A stretch of 64,000 nucleotides of DNA from an uncultured bacterium (GTDB taxonomy: Bacteria; Krumholzibacteriota; Krumholzibacteriia; JAJRXK01): positions 205,290 through 269,289 of the forward strand of contig CAZRMV010000001.1 in assembly GCA_964601275.1 (NCBI GenBank). Direction: 5' to 3'. This document shows, piece after piece, positions 18,767 to 29,458 of this stretch; positions within the stretch are counted from its first letter, which is position 1; the number at the start of each line of letters is the position of its first letter. Under the pieces are notes generated by a model. The model searched no databases. It saw nothing but the letters and a program-made list of their open reading frames with translations, and had not been told where the DNA came from. Made by a program: the position numbers and the translations under genes.

Positions 18767-19777
18767 TCACCAGCCGTAGATCTTCTCCACCTCGGTGATG
18801 CGTTTTCGAACCTCCCGCTTCAATTCCTCCGGGCGGAGAACCCGGGCCAGCGCGCCGAACCGCAGGACCCAGCTCACCGTCTCGGGCATCGACACCGCGG
18901 AGAAGTCGAGCCGGATCGAACCGTCCTTGCGGCGCCGTACTTTCTGCGTAGGGCTCCAGGTGCGCTCGGCGGCGTAGTCGGCGGCCCAGCCCTTCAGTTC
19001 GACCGACACCTCGAAGGACTTGCCCTGGATGAGCCCGAAATGGCGGTTGAGGCTCTTCTCGAAGTCGTAGTTCTCCGGCCGGCGGAAGGGGGTGTCGGTC
19101 AGCGCGGCGCGGCGAAAACGCTGCAGGGCCAGCAGGGGATCGTAGCCGGGATTCTTGAACGGGCGACCGGGCATCTTGGCGTAGCGCGCGTGGACGTAGA
19201 TGGTCTCGTTCCAGGCGAAGATCTTCAGGGGCTTGATACGGAAGGTCTTGGCCCGGGCGTCCGCCGGGCGCCGGTAGCTCACCTCGCAGACCCGCTTGCG
19301 CTTCATGCCTTCGGTCAGCGTGTGGAGGATCTCCTGTTGTGGAGAGTAGTCGATGATCCCGGCACGGAAGATCCCGAAGTGTTGCGTGTCCACTTCTGCT
19401 TCTTCCCCCAACAGTTGGGAACTCTTCTCCACCGCACGGTTCAATTCGGCGAAGTGCCGGCGCCCGAGAAGGTGTTCGGTGAACGCCCGGCACATGAGAA
19501 GCGTCTCGAGTTCTTCACGGGAGAGCATGGCCGCCGAATGAGGCGTCACGGCGCGGCGGATCCGGTAGAAGCTCCGGTTGCCGCGCTTCTCGTGTTCGAT
19601 CTTCGCGCGGTAACTGCAGGTGATATCGTCGATCAGGCGGAGGACGGTCTGTTTCGAACATCCGAGTTCTCGACTCAGTTGGGTCAGCGAACACCATTCC
19701 CCGGTGAACACCAATCGGGCGAAGAGAGAGACGAGTTTTCCACCGTAACTGAGGTCGGGGGAGATCTTGCTGGGCAT
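18767..19777 (-). CDS. HTH + WYL-domain transcriptional regulator (YafY/WYL family), 336 aa
   Basis: N-terminal HTH (LTQLSRELGCSKQTVLRLIDDI), then WYL and WCX-like regions (...RIKPLKIFAWNETIYVHARY...). Start ATG 19777; the track ORF is over-extended by 215 aa. Confidence 0.8.
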   Translation of the reverse strand: MPSKISPDLSYGGKLVSLFARLVFTGEWCSLTQLSRELGCSKQTVLRLIDDITCSYRAKIEHEKRGNRSFYRIRRAVTPHSAAMLSREELETLLMCRAFTEHLLGRRHFAELNRAVEKSSQLLGEEAEVDTQHFGIFRAGIIDYSPQQEILHTLTEGMKRKRVCEVSYRRPADARAKTFRIKPLKIFAWNETIYVHARYAKMPGRPFKNPGYDPLLALQRFRRAALTDTPFRRPENYDFEKSLNRHFGLIQGKSFEVSVELKGWAADYAAERTWSPTQKVRRRKDGSIRLDFSAVSMPETVSWVLRFGALARVLRPEELKREVRKRITEVEKIYGW

Positions 19778-19955
19778 GGCGGACTCGTGGGTTGGAGGAG
19801 ATGGTTGCCGCCGGAGGCTCCCGGGGGTGGTGTCGCGGGACCGGCCGGGGGTCGACTGTAGATTCCGCGGGTGCCCGATGAGTATGACCGATGGTGTGGT
19901 GCCGGTGGAAGGGGCAAGAAGGTGGTTTCCCGGCCCCGGGGTGGAATCGACCGGA

Positions 19956-19976
19956 TCGTTCCGCGATGTGGAACGA
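19956..19976. promoter_or_regulatory. Inverted repeat TCGTTCC-N7-GGAACGA upstream of the WYL regulator gene; candidate autoregulatory operator
   Basis: Read from sequence in the 374-bp non-coding region upstream (minus-strand sense) of ATG 19777. Confidence 0.25.
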
Positions 19977-20151
19977 CCGTGGTCCATGGTGGTCCCGCCG
20001 GCCACCAACTGGTCCATTGAGGAGGCCGGCCGAAACCTCGGGATCTCCTCCCGGCGCATGGGAGCCAGGGGCCGCCCTGTACCGCATGACCCAATGGCGC
20101 GGCGGCTTCGCGCCGGGAGATCCCGGGGTGGACGATCGAGACCTCGCCGGC

Positions 20152-21627
20152 CTACCCGCCGGAACCAGGTGATCGGCCGCAGACGCTCTCGATCCAGTCG
20201 CCGATGGTCTGCAAGGCCTTCGGCGCGATGGTCTCCTCGATCCGGGAATACTCGCTGGGGCTGCCCGTGGTGCAGGTCTGGAACAGATGATTCAACCCGG
20301 GCAGTTCGATGACCCGGAAGTGCTGGTTGCCTCCAGCCTTCAAGGCCTTCTCGATGGCCGCGAGGTTCTCCTTGGCCGGAACCTGGAGGTCCTTCTCGCC
20401 ACCGAGGGCGAGTACGGGACACCGCACCTTCTCGAGGGTGGGGCGCGGATCGTAGCTGAGGAAGAAGCGGAACCAGGGAGAGAGAAGGCTGTGGATCTGG
20501 GCATCGAGGTTCGCCTCGGGGTCATTCAGTCGCCCGCGTTCCTCCTCGTTCAGCGCGTCCAGGGTCTCCTTCAAGATGGAGCGGAGTTTCCGGGCGGCGG
20601 CGGTGCTGTCCGGGGTCGATTCGATCACCTCGAAGAGACGCTCCTGCAGTTTCCGGTTCCGGGCGATCTCCTCTTCGGAGGTGCTGTCCGCCCGGGCGAT
20701 GATCGCGCTCTGCAGCAGGATGATGTCCTTGCCGGGAAGGCCGGGACCGGCCATCAACACGATGAAGGCCACATCCCTCGAGCGCACCGCTGCCATCGGG
20801 GCGATGAGACCGCCCTCGCTGTGGCCGATGAGCCCGATGCACGCCGTGTCGATCTCCGGGCGCTGTTCCAGGTAGTCCACGCCGGCCAGCACGTCTCCGG
20901 CGAAATCCTCGGTGGTCGAAGCCGCGGTGCTTCCCGTCGAGCCGCCCACCCCACGATCGTCCACCCGCAGGACCGCGATGCCCCGGCGGGTGAGGTCATC
21001 GGCCAGGATCCAGAAGGGCCGGTGACCGAAGACCTCCTCGTCCCGGTTTTCCGCCCCTGATCCGGAGATCAAGAGCACCGCGGGAAAGGGTCCACTCCCC
21101 TTGGGCAGGGTCAGGGTTCCGGCCAGGGTCACCCCACCGGCGGCGTTCTCGTAGCGCACCTCCTCTTCGAGATAAGGGTAGGGTTTCTTCGGCTCCTGGG
21201 GACGCCGGAGGGTGATCTTCTCCTTGGATCTCCGGAGAACCAGGGGCAGGGACAGCCCGGCCTGGCTCCAGCTGCCCTCGATCGAGGCGCGGTCTTCGCC
21301 CACCACCCCGACGAAGCCGCCACGGACCACCGCCACGTCCAGCCGCAGGGAATCTCCGGTGAGGGTCACCGCGTTGACCGGGATTCCCGTGGCACCCTGG
21401 TCCGGGCTGTCCAGGGTGGCGCCCAGGGTGCCGTCCTCCTTCGGTGTGAGATGGAGGACCAGGCGCAGCTCGGCTCCGGAAAAGGAGAGTGTTCCCTGCC
21501 AATCCCCGGCGAGATCGGCGGCGGAGATCGGGACATCCTCGGCGTGGAGCGCCGATCCGAACAAGAGCAGTATCGATGACAGCAGGATGGAAAGGAACCG
21601 TCGGAGATCGCGTAGGTTTCTGTTCAT
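20152..21627 (-). CDS. Secreted alpha/beta-hydrolase (dienelactone hydrolase/peptidase-like)
   Basis: Signal peptide. GHSEGG nucleophile elbow (IGLIGHSEGGLIAP). Strong RBS GAGGAGGAGG. Confidence 0.8.
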   Translation of the reverse strand: MNRNLRDLRRFLSILLSSILLLFGSALHAEDVPISAADLAGDWQGTLSFSGAELRLVLHLTPKEDGTLGATLDSPDQGATGIPVNAVTLTGDSLRLDVAVVRGGFVGVVGEDRASIEGSWSQAGLSLPLVLRRSKEKITLRRPQEPKKPYPYLEEEVRYENAAGGVTLAGTLTLPKGSGPFPAVLLISGSGAENRDEEVFGHRPFWILADDLTRRGIAVLRVDDRGVGGSTGSTAASTTEDFAGDVLAGVDYLEQRPEIDTACIGLIGHSEGGLIAPMAAVRSRDVAFIVLMAGPGLPGKDIILLQSAIIARADSTSEEEIARNRKLQERLFEVIESTPDSTAAARKLRSILKETLDALNEEERGRLNDPEANLDAQIHSLLSPWFRFFLSYDPRPTLEKVRCPVLALGGEKDLQVPAKENLAAIEKALKAGGNQHFRVIELPGLNHLFQTCTTGSPSEYSRIEETIAPKALQTIGDWIESVCGRSPGSGG

Positions 21628-21701
21628 GGCCTCCTCCTCGTTCCGGGTCCTGGTTCCGAGGCGTCACGAGGCGCCGGAAGATTCCTTCCGGACGGAGCCG
21701 T

Positions 21702-22226
21702 CTATCGCGAAACACCCAGCCCGAGCAACCCGATGACTCCGTGTCCGACATCTTCGCCGCGGGTGGAGACATTGAACTCGGCGCCCAGGCCCACGGAGAG
21801 TTCCCAGCGCCAGGCTCCGCCGCCGGTTTGCCACCGATAGCCGCCGGTCGCGGTCGGCTGGAACACGGTGACCTCGGTGGTACCGCTCCGCTGGGGGTCT
21901 TCCCAGTCGATGGACAGGAACCAGAGGTCGGCTCGAAGTCCTACGATCCAAGCCTTCTCGCGCATTCCCAGCCGATGGATCCATCCTCCGCCGAAGCCGA
22001 ATCCGTTGCCCTGCTCGTTGTCGTGCTCGCCCCAATCATGGCGGTCGGTGAAATTCATGCCGGCGCAAAGGAGAACGATATCGGGTTCCGACAACGGGAC
22101 GTCCACGCGGACGGCTGGAATCAGACCCGCCGGGTAGGCTCGCAGATCGACCCCCCAGCGGACGCTTTCCGCACGGACGGCCTGGACCCCGGTCGAGGCC
22201 AAGAGGAACAGGACGACGCCCCGCAT
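21702..22226 (-). CDS. Hypothetical secreted protein (possible small beta-barrel)
   Basis: ATG 22226 gives the signal peptide MRGVVLFLLASTGVQAVRA. Alternating-hydrophobic, W/G-rich C-terminal half. Confidence 0.5.
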   Translation of the reverse strand: MRGVVLFLLASTGVQAVRAESVRWGVDLRAYPAGLIPAVRVDVPLSEPDIVLLCAGMNFTDRHDWGEHDNEQGNGFGFGGGWIHRLGMREKAWIVGLRADLWFLSIDWEDPQRSGTTEVTVFQPTATGGYRWQTGGGAWRWELSVGLGAEFNVSTRGEDVGHGVIGLLGLGVSR

Positions 22227-22403
22227 CCAGATGAGTCTTCTCGTTCGGCCGGCGGGTTGCCTGGTGACGCATCGTTCCATGGAGGAACCCTATCACCCGG
22301 CAAGAGAATGCACCAGCACGCCGAGAAGGTCCTCCGATGGCGGCCGACCCGATGTTTCCGGTCGGCCGCAGGGTGATACGGAACGGGTGGAGCGAAGGGC
22401 CGT

Positions 22404-22889
22404 CTAGGGAGCGGCCAGGGAAAGGAGGAGATCGCGGAGCTGGGCGGCGGGCCCGGTGGTGCAGCCGGTGATCTTGGCGATGAACTCATCGCCTCCCTGG
22501 CGCAACCCCAGTTCCTCGACCGGCTCCTGGCTTCCCGCACATCCGGCATTGCCCCGCTTGAAGATCTCCACCATCGCCGGATCCAGGGCGAGGGTTTGCA
22601 CCTGCGCGACGGTGGCGGCGTCGAGGGTGTCGATGGAAGTGATGACCGAGGGATCCCCCAGGGGATTCACCCGCCGCTCTCCGCTCCACAGCACCTGGAC
22701 GAAGCCGAGGCAATCGGCGCCGCCAGGACAGGTGATCGGACGCTGGAACAAGGTGACCCCGGGATCGGTGAGGTTGAGCCCGGGGTCCTGGGGCGGGGGA
22801 GGCGGCGGATTGGTGGTGTTGTCACCGGAACAGGCGGCCAACAGGAAAAGGACCAGAAGGAATACTCTCCGCGACACGGTCCTGGACAT
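22404..22889 (-). CDS. Hypothetical lipoprotein
   Basis: MSRTVSRRVFLLVLFLLAAC lipobox, then a poly-Pro linker. Four Cys residues. Confidence 0.6.
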   Translation of the reverse strand: MSRTVSRRVFLLVLFLLAACSGDNTTNPPPPPPQDPGLNLTDPGVTLFQRPITCPGGADCLGFVQVLWSGERRVNPLGDPSVITSIDTLDAATVAQVQTLALDPAMVEIFKRGNAGCAGSQEPVEELGLRQGGDEFIAKITGCTTGPAAQLRDLLLSLAAP

Positions 22890-22995
22890 CAGGTCCCTCT
22901 TGTTCCGGTGAGACGGAACCATACACTCCTGTGGCGATGACTTGCCGGCTCCTGATGAGTATAGGCGATTTCGACGCGAAGGGACAGGGCAGGCC

Positions 22996-23508
22996 TCAGA
23001 CCGCGAATTCCTTGAAGATCTTGGCCAGGGCGTTGCACACCGGGCAGCGATCGGGGACCTCGTCGCCGACCACCGTGTACCCGCAGATGGGACATACGAA
23101 GACCTTCACCTCGGAGATGTCCTCCCCCGCGTCGACGGCCTTCTTGGCCGCCGCGTAGAGCTGGCTGTGGATCTTCTCCGCTTCCAGCGCGTAGTCCATG
23201 CTCTGGACCGCCTTCTTCTCCCCCTGCATCTCGGCCACGGCCTTGTAGGCCGGGTACATTTCATCGATCTCGAAGTCTTCGCCCTTCTTCGATTCCACCA
23301 GGTTGTCCGAAGTCGAATGGATGCCGTCGAGGGCCTTGAGGTGGTTGGTGGCGTGGACACGTTCGGCGTAGGCGATGGCTCGGTACAGGTTGGCGATGCG
23401 GACCTTGCCTTCCTTCTCGGCCGCGTCGGCGAATGCGAGGTATTTCATGTGGGCCTGGCTCTCGCCGGCAAAGGCCGCTTTGAGGAATTCTTCGGTCATC
23501 GGGTGCAT
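22996..23508 (-). CDS. Rubrerythrin
   Basis: Ferritin-like diiron motifs (E...EAQAHMKY / ...ERVHATNH) plus a C-terminal rubredoxin-like CPICG...CPVC. Start ATG 23508 with AAGGAAAGGA upstream. Confidence 0.9.
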   Translation of the reverse strand: MHPMTEEFLKAAFAGESQAHMKYLAFADAAEKEGKVRIANLYRAIAYAERVHATNHLKALDGIHSTSDNLVESKKGEDFEIDEMYPAYKAVAEMQGEKKAVQSMDYALEAEKIHSQLYAAAKKAVDAGEDISEVKVFVCPICGYTVVGDEVPDRCPVCNALAKIFKEFAV

Positions 23509-23542
23509 GATCGATCCTTTCCTTTGAGGGGATGCTCCCGCC

Positions 23543-25111
23543 TCAAGCGGGATGGGATGCTCGATCCTCGAGTGAAGGCAACCTGTCCTTCGCCCACCGG
23601 AGGAAGGCGCCTTCTTCCACCTTTCGTGCAATGGCCTCGATGTCCGGGGCGAAGTACCGGTCCTTCTCGTAGAAGTCCACGTGATCGCGGATGACCGAAT
23701 GCACCTCGCGCAGTCGGGGGGAGGTCCGATGGGGGCGGTGGAAATCGATGCCCTGGCTGGCCGCCAACAGTTCGATCGCCACCACCGACGCGGCATTGGA
23801 CGCCATGCGCAGGAGGCGGCGCGCTCCGTGGGTCGCCATGCTCACGTGATCTTCCTGGTTGGCCGAGGTGGGCAGGCTGTCCACCGAAGCCGGGTGGGCG
23901 AGCTGGCGGTTCTCGCTGACCAGGGCGGCGGCGGTGACGTGCGCGATCATGAAGCCCGAGTTCACCCCGCTGTCTTCCACCAGGAAGGCGGGGAGGCCGC
24001 TCATCTTGGGATCGGTCAGAAGGGCGATGCGCCGCTCGCTGATCGAGGCCATCTCCACCAGGGGCAAGGCCAAAAGGTCGGCGGCGAAGGCGACCGGTTC
24101 GGCGTGGAAGTTCCCGCCGCTGAGGACGTCGCCGGTCTCGGGGAAGACCAGGGGGTTGTCGGTGACCGCGTTGGCCTCGATCGCCAGGCGCGACGCCGCG
24201 AAGCGGATGGCGTCGAGGCACGCGCCCATCACCTGGGGTTGGCAGCGCAGGCTGTAGGGATCCTGAACCCGGTCGCAGTCGCGGTGGCTGGCCACGATCT
24301 CCGAGCCCTCCAGCAGTTCCAGGATCCAGGCGGCGATCGTCCGTTGCCCGTCCTGGCCTCTCAGATCGTGGATGCGCGGGTCGAAGGGGACGAGGCTGGC
24401 CTGGGCCGCGTCGATGCTCAGCGCGCCGGCGACGACGGCGGCCGCCAGGACGTTCTCCGCCGCGAAGAGACCGCGCAGGGCGAGGGCGGTGGAGACCTGG
24501 GTGCCGTTGATCAGGGCCAGGCCTTCCTTGGGGGCCAGCTCCATCACCGTCAGGCCGGCCTCGGCCAGACCCTCGGCCGCCGGGAGCACGCGATCGCCCC
24601 GGCGCAACCGGCCTTCGCCCAACAGCGTCGCAGCGAGGTGGGCCAGAGGCGCCAGGTCGCCGGACGCTCCGACCGAGCCCTGGGACGGCACCACCGGAAG
24701 CCAACCGGAATCCAGCAGACGGATCAGGGCCTGGACGACCTCGCGCCGCACCCCGCTGTGCCCACGGGCCAGGCTCGCGATCTTCAGGGCCAGGATGAGG
24801 CGCACCGTCGCCTCGTCGAGGGCCTCCCCCACTCCACAACTGTGCGAGAGCAGGAGGTTGCGCTGGAGGAGAGAGAGCTGATCGGAGGAGATCCGGGTCT
24901 GGGCCAGCAGGCCGAAACCGGTGTTCACCCCGTAGGCGGTGCGGTTTCCCTCGATGATGTCGTCGACCACCGCCCGTCCCCGGTCGATCCGTTCCCAGGC
25001 CCCGGCATCCAGCTCCACCTCGAGGGGGGTCTCGACGATCCGGCGCCACTGGTTCAGGCTCATCCGGCCGGGAACCAGCACAAGGCGTGCTGGGGAGGGG
25101 TTCGGGTTCAT
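23543..25111 (-). CDS. hutH: Histidine ammonia-lyase (HAL/PAL family, MIO-forming ASG motif)
   Basis: 522 aa. [13 protein letters not shown] ... [18 protein letters not shown]. Its start overlaps the stop of the upstream aminotransferase gene (ATGA). Confidence 0.85.
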   Translation of the reverse strand: MNPNPSPARLVLVPGRMSLNQWRRIVETPLEVELDAGAWERIDRGRAVVDDIIEGNRTAYGVNTGFGLLAQTRISSDQLSLLQRNLLLSHSCGVGEALDEATVRLILALKIASLARGHSGVRREVVQALIRLLDSGWLPVVPSQGSVGASGDLAPLAHLAATLLGEGRLRRGDRVLPAAEGLAEAGLTVMELAPKEGLALINGTQVSTALALRGLFAAENVLAAAVVAGALSIDAAQASLVPFDPRIHDLRGQDGQRTIAAWILELLEGSEIVASHRDCDRVQDPYSLRCQPQVMGACLDAIRFAASRLAIEANAVTDNPLVFPETGDVLSGGNFHAEPVAFAADLLALPLVEMASISERRIALLTDPKMSGLPAFLVEDSGVNSGFMIAHVTAAALVSENRQLAHPASVDSLPTSANQEDHVSMATHGARRLLRMASNAASVVAIELLAASQGIDFHRPHRTSPRLREVHSVIRDHVDFYEKDRYFAPDIEAIARKVEEGAFLRWAKDRLPSLEDRASHPA

Positions 25112-26484
25112 GCGGTCTCCACCGGTCCGGTGGTGGTGTGGGGATGGCCCCGGTCGCGGAGGGGGGAGTCCCCACGGAGGGCCCGGTGGTCCTCGTAGCG
25201 GGTGAAGAGTTCGGCCAGGAGACGCGGGACCAGTTTCATCCGTTCGGGGGGCTCCACGTACGCGATGCGCAACTGGGTGCGGCCGGGATTGCCCTGGCCG
25301 GGCACAACGTTGTAGAAGCCGGCCATCGGTGCGGTCAAGAGGGTCATTCTCCTTCCCTCGATCTCGACCGCGCCTTCACTCGCGCACCACAGCACGAAAT
25401 CCATGGCGTCGAATCCCGCCGCGGCGATCCGCCGCAAGTCGACCACCGAGTAGAGCGCGGCGTCGGGACGCGAGACGATGACCCCGGGCAAGAGTTCCTT
25501 CAGCTGCCCGGTGAAGGCGCTCAGCATCCCGCGGTAATAGCCGCGCTGGTGCTCGAACCACTCGTGGAGCTCTCGCTGGCTCTGGTGGGCGAGCGAAGCG
25601 AAGATCCACTGGCCGATGTGGTTCGGACAGAGGTTGGCGGTGTTCTCCGCCACCGCCCTCCGGTGGAACTCCTCGTTGTCGGTGATGAGCGCTCCGATGC
25701 GCAGGCCACAGGCGTTCCAGACCTTGCTCGCACTCTCGATGCTGATCCGCCGGCCGGACAATCCGGGAACGTCCTCGTCATCGAGTTTCCAGATGCTGAC
25801 GCTTTCATCGCCCCGGTAGAAGAGTTCGCGGTAGGCTTCGTCGCTGATGAGCCACATGTCGTGCTGCACGCACAACCGGGCCAGCTCGACCAGTTGATCC
25901 CGGCGGTAGAGCTGGCCGGTCGGGTTGTCGTAGGGGATGACCACCAGGCCGCCGGGTTTCTCCCGCACGATGATTTCCTCGATCTCATCCAGTGGAGGAA
26001 GCTGGAAGCTTCCGTCGTCGTCCAGATGGCGGCTGACGGAGACCGTGCGCCGCCCCAGCCGCTGGGCGAAGGCAGTGTAGTTGGTGTAGGCGGCGTCGAT
26101 GAGCAACAGGGGGCGTTCTCCGCTTCCCGCCGGGCCGCACACGCCCAGGATCACCAGTTCCATGGCCTGGCTTCCCCCGTCGGTGATCTGCGAATGCAGT
26201 CCGGAGGTGGGGCAGCCGCTGGCGGAGAGGATGTTCAGGAACGCGGCATTGGTCTCTTCCAGTCCCATCGTCGGGGTGTAGCGCACCACCCCGTCCTTGA
26301 AGGGACTGCGCTCTTCGCCGAGACCCATCATGCGATCCCGCAGGGAGTCGTGCATCGGCAACGACACGTTGCCGATGGCGACGTTCACCGCCTGGCAATC
26401 GTCCTGGCGTTGCGCGAAGCGGATGCTGGCCACCCGGATGGCCGAGGGTTGGCGCTTCTGGAAGTGTTCGGAGAGCGAGGGCAT
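25108..26484 (-). CDS. PLP-dependent class I/II aminotransferase
   Basis: [23 protein letters not shown] (PLP lysine), 458 aa. Confidence 0.8.
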   Translation of the reverse strand: MPSLSEHFQKRQPSAIRVASIRFAQRQDDCQAVNVAIGNVSLPMHDSLRDRMMGLGEERSPFKDGVVRYTPTMGLEETNAAFLNILSASGCPTSGLHSQITDGGSQAMELVILGVCGPAGSGERPLLLIDAAYTNYTAFAQRLGRRTVSVSRHLDDDGSFQLPPLDEIEEIIVREKPGGLVVIPYDNPTGQLYRRDQLVELARLCVQHDMWLISDEAYRELFYRGDESVSIWKLDDEDVPGLSGRRISIESASKVWNACGLRIGALITDNEEFHRRAVAENTANLCPNHIGQWIFASLAHQSQRELHEWFEHQRGYYRGMLSAFTGQLKELLPGVIVSRPDAALYSVVDLRRIAAAGFDAMDFVLWCASEGAVEIEGRRMTLLTAPMAGFYNVVPGQGNPGRTQLRIAYVEPPERMKLVPRLLAELFTRYEDHRALRGDSPLRDRGHPHTTTGPVETA

Positions 26485-26514
26485 GGACAGCTCCAGCGGT
26501 GAAGAGGGGGTCTC

Positions 26515-27066
26515 CTAGAAGGGGAAGCCGATGGAGGCGGTGGCGGTCAGGAAGCTGATGTCGGAGATGTCCTGCATGAAGTCGTAGTTCGCGCGGCCTT
26601 CGATGGTGAAGTGCAGTGCGGGACCCCCGAAGTCGAAGCCGAGACCCAGTCCGGTGGCGATGCCGTTCTTCGCCGATCGGGCGGGAGGGCTGTAGTTCGC
26701 GTAGCCCGCCTGGACGGTGATGAACAAGGGGGCGAATCGGGCGTAGGCCTTCACCCCGAGGGTAGCCTCGAAGTACGAACTGCTGTCATCATTCATGAGC
26801 CTCTTCACTTCATCCTTCACCACCAGGGGGGCGTAGGCGGCCCGGATGTAGAAGCCCACCAGCGAGGTCTGACCCAGGGCGTTGACTTCCTGGATATCGA
26901 AGGTGGCGCCGAGGTAGGCGGAGGTATCGATCATATCGCCCATGGTGCCCAGGGGGAAGAGACCGCCGCCTTCCAAAGACAGCCGGGTCTGGGCGGAGGC
27001 AGCCGGCACCCACGCCGTCAAGAGGAGTGTGGCGAGGAGGAAGTACGACATGCGACGCGAATCCAT
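26515..27066 (-). CDS. Small outer-membrane beta-barrel (OmpA-like/porin-family) protein
   Basis: Signal peptide MDSRRMSYFLLATLLLTAWVPAASAQ. Alternating beta-strand pattern and a C-terminal aromatic residue (...SIGFPF). Confidence 0.6.
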   Translation of the reverse strand: MDSRRMSYFLLATLLLTAWVPAASAQTRLSLEGGGLFPLGTMGDMIDTSAYLGATFDIQEVNALGQTSLVGFYIRAAYAPLVVKDEVKRLMNDDSSSYFEATLGVKAYARFAPLFITVQAGYANYSPPARSAKNGIATGLGLGFDFGGPALHFTIEGRANYDFMQDISDISFLTATASIGFPF

Positions 27067-27214
27067 GGTTCTCTCCCGGGTCGGGGCCTGAAGGGACGCG
27101 GGCAAGGATACGCTGCACGCGCACAGCCCTCAAGCCCTCGATGGAGCGCCTGTCCCGGACGACGGACGCATTCCCCCGAGGATCTCCGCTGTCGATGTCG
27201 GACCGCCAGATGGT

Positions 27215-29458
27215 TCAATTCTGGATCGTCAATCCCCAGCGATCCCGAAGGATCCACACCAGGGCCGCCTGGGTTTCCTTGAACCCGAAGGCCAGGGGGT
27301 GGAAGCCCCAGAGGAAATCCTCGCTTCCCCGGCGGGGCTTGGTGGAAGACCAGGTCGTGATGGCCAGCCCGACGGGAACCCGGTCGAGAACGCTGCGCTG
27401 GTAGCCCACCGGCGGGCATTCCTGGACCGGATCCTCGATGATGGGCATCCCCGTCCGGGGATCGATCTCATCCCGGGCGGCCCGCAGTTCGAACATCGTC
27501 CTCTGGCACGGTCTCAGGGAGATGGTCACCGGGCGGCAGCTCAGGTTCCGGTTGTAGAACTCCTCGAAGTCGAACTTGTACAGGGGGTTGTTGTCGAGTC
27601 GGAGGTTGGATGGCGGAAGGTCCTCGAGCACCCCCGAGGCGCTGGGATACGCGCGGTAGAAACCCTCGGGAACCACGGCGGTCATGAGGCGATCGCAGCG
27701 CGAGGTTCTCGTCGGCAGGTTCTCTTCGCACGCAAGCGAACCGCGTGGAGGACGGATGATATCCATCACTTCCAGGCACCAGGTGTTCAACGGCCAGTCG
27801 AGATAGGACACGTCGTTCTGGGAATAGACCACCGGGTACTGGGTTCCTCGCTGGCCGATGGCCCCATTCATGGCGAAGGGGCCGGTCATCAACACGTTGC
27901 CCACCTTCTTCATGTAGTACTGCATCCAATTGAACGTGGGCCCATCCAGGGGGAAGATCTTCTCCCGTAGCGCCGAATCGCCCCCTCCCTTGGTGAACCA
28001 TATGACGTTCTTGTAGAGGGCGATCGTCTCGAAAGTGCAGCGCCCAGGTTCCGTGTTGACCTTCAGGATGTCGACCTTGGGGTTCCAGTCCAACACGCGC
28101 CCTTCCAGGAGCGCGGACCAGGTCGACAACCATTGTCGTTGCTGGCCGAGCTCGTTCGATGTGTTCTGCCAACCCCAATCGTCGATCAAGAGCAGATCTC
28201 TCTGTTGCTGGGGGCGGGGAATCGGGATGACCTGGAGGTTGTAGGTTCCCCGGGTGATCGCCCCGGAATTGTCCCTGACCTGAACGACGAAGACATGGTC
28301 GCCACTGTGGAAGGTGTGCTCCCCCGCGCTGCGCCACTGGAGCCCCCAACCTACGGACCAACCTGGATCCTCCTCGTCATTGACGTCCTGCACGTCCCAA
28401 CCGTAGCGGTAGGCGTCGATGACGCCTCCGTAGGCCGAGGCGTCACCCGACCATTGGAAATCGACGGGTTGCTCCGCGATGATCGTCTCCGAGATCAGCG
28501 CGTTCCGGCTGACGAAATTCCGCTGACCGAGATACCGCTCCTTGACGGTGAGGGAGGGGAACTTGTTGCCGGTCGTTCGCAGGTGCCGGACATTGACGTT
28601 CCAGTCGAAGGTGGGGGTCACCGCCCCGGCTCGGTCCATCGCCTGCACGACGAAGAGAAGGCGCTGGTCCAGGTCGACCAGGGGCAAGGTGACCGTTCTG
28701 CCGCTGTCCTCGGGCGCGTCGTAGGCGATCCAGGGACCCCATGCCTCCTCGGGAAGCTGCGCGACGGGATTCAGGCTCGTGTAGGAGGATTGGGTGAGAC
28801 ACTCGCCCTCTCCGAGCTCGATCAGTTCGTCGAGGGGAGGGGGAAGCTCGGCCAGGTTCAGGAGGACGTAGCGCACCGCCGCGGGTTGCCCCAGGGGATC
28901 GTCGGGATCGGTGACGCTCCAGCCGAAGGTGAGGGCCCGGGTGGAGGACAGGCAACTGGTCGTGCTGGAGCGGGTGGGATAGTCGATGAGAACCTTGGGA
29001 GCGATCGTCGTGGCGGTGAAGCTCTCGTGGGCCGGGGTCGGATCGACCGCGCCCTGGTCATCGACCGACCGGATGAAGAAGGTATGGGTCTGCCACCAGC
29101 GATAGGTGAAGTCGGACTGGTTCGGATCCCGGACGTCATCGGGGAAGGAATCGAGATCGGCACTCACGATGAAGGTCGAGTCATTGACTGCGATCGGGTT
29201 CCACGGCAACCCCAGCGTGTCCTCGCGGTCGACGATGCCGTCCGGCCCGTTGTCGCTGATGCGCCACTCGAAGGCCACCACCGTTCCGTCGGGATCGACG
29301 CCCTCCCAGAAGAAGGTCACCTGGAACGAGGTGGCGTCCAAGTTGGGGGGCGCGATCGAGATGGAGGTGTCCGGGGGCAGGTTCGGGCGGGTTTCTCCCT
29401 CGATTCCACCGTCCAGCCCACAGCCCCCCAGCACCAGGAAGGCGGACAGGGCGATCAT
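27215..29458 (-). CDS. Large hypothetical lipoprotein (747 aa)
   Basis: ATG 29458 gives MIALSAFLVLGGCGLDG lipobox. No recognisable catalytic family. Trp- and acidic-residue-rich, beta-rich. Confidence 0.65.
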   Translation of the reverse strand: MIALSAFLVLGGCGLDGGIEGETRPNLPPDTSISIAPPNLDATSFQVTFFWEGVDPDGTVVAFEWRISDNGPDGIVDREDTLGLPWNPIAVNDSTFIVSADLDSFPDDVRDPNQSDFTYRWWQTHTFFIRSVDDQGAVDPTPAHESFTATTIAPKVLIDYPTRSSTTSCLSSTRALTFGWSVTDPDDPLGQPAAVRYVLLNLAELPPPLDELIELGEGECLTQSSYTSLNPVAQLPEEAWGPWIAYDAPEDSGRTVTLPLVDLDQRLLFVVQAMDRAGAVTPTFDWNVNVRHLRTTGNKFPSLTVKERYLGQRNFVSRNALISETIIAEQPVDFQWSGDASAYGGVIDAYRYGWDVQDVNDEEDPGWSVGWGLQWRSAGEHTFHSGDHVFVVQVRDNSGAITRGTYNLQVIPIPRPQQQRDLLLIDDWGWQNTSNELGQQRQWLSTWSALLEGRVLDWNPKVDILKVNTEPGRCTFETIALYKNVIWFTKGGGDSALREKIFPLDGPTFNWMQYYMKKVGNVLMTGPFAMNGAIGQRGTQYPVVYSQNDVSYLDWPLNTWCLEVMDIIRPPRGSLACEENLPTRTSRCDRLMTAVVPEGFYRAYPSASGVLEDLPPSNLRLDNNPLYKFDFEEFYNRNLSCRPVTISLRPCQRTMFELRAARDEIDPRTGMPIIEDPVQECPPVGYQRSVLDRVPVGLAITTWSSTKPRRGSEDFLWGFHPLAFGFKETQAALVWILRDRWGLTIQN

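Noticed and set aside
18767-19777. WYL regulator as a marker of an adjacent phage-defense island
   Set aside because: The flanking genes are hydrolases and hypothetical secreted proteins. There are no nuclease, helicase, methyltransferase or cyclase genes nearby.
18767-20422. Track-proposed long N-terminal extensions (for example the 551-aa version of the WYL regulator, the 1428-aa BNR protein, the 597-aa ORF over the apaH region, the 1064-aa and 984-aa versions of secreted proteins)
   Set aside because: The extensions are low-complexity R/P/G sequence on a GTG/TTG-permissive caller. Internal ATGs expose signal peptides or conserved N-termini (MATYAIGDIHG for ApaH) and often have SD motifs.
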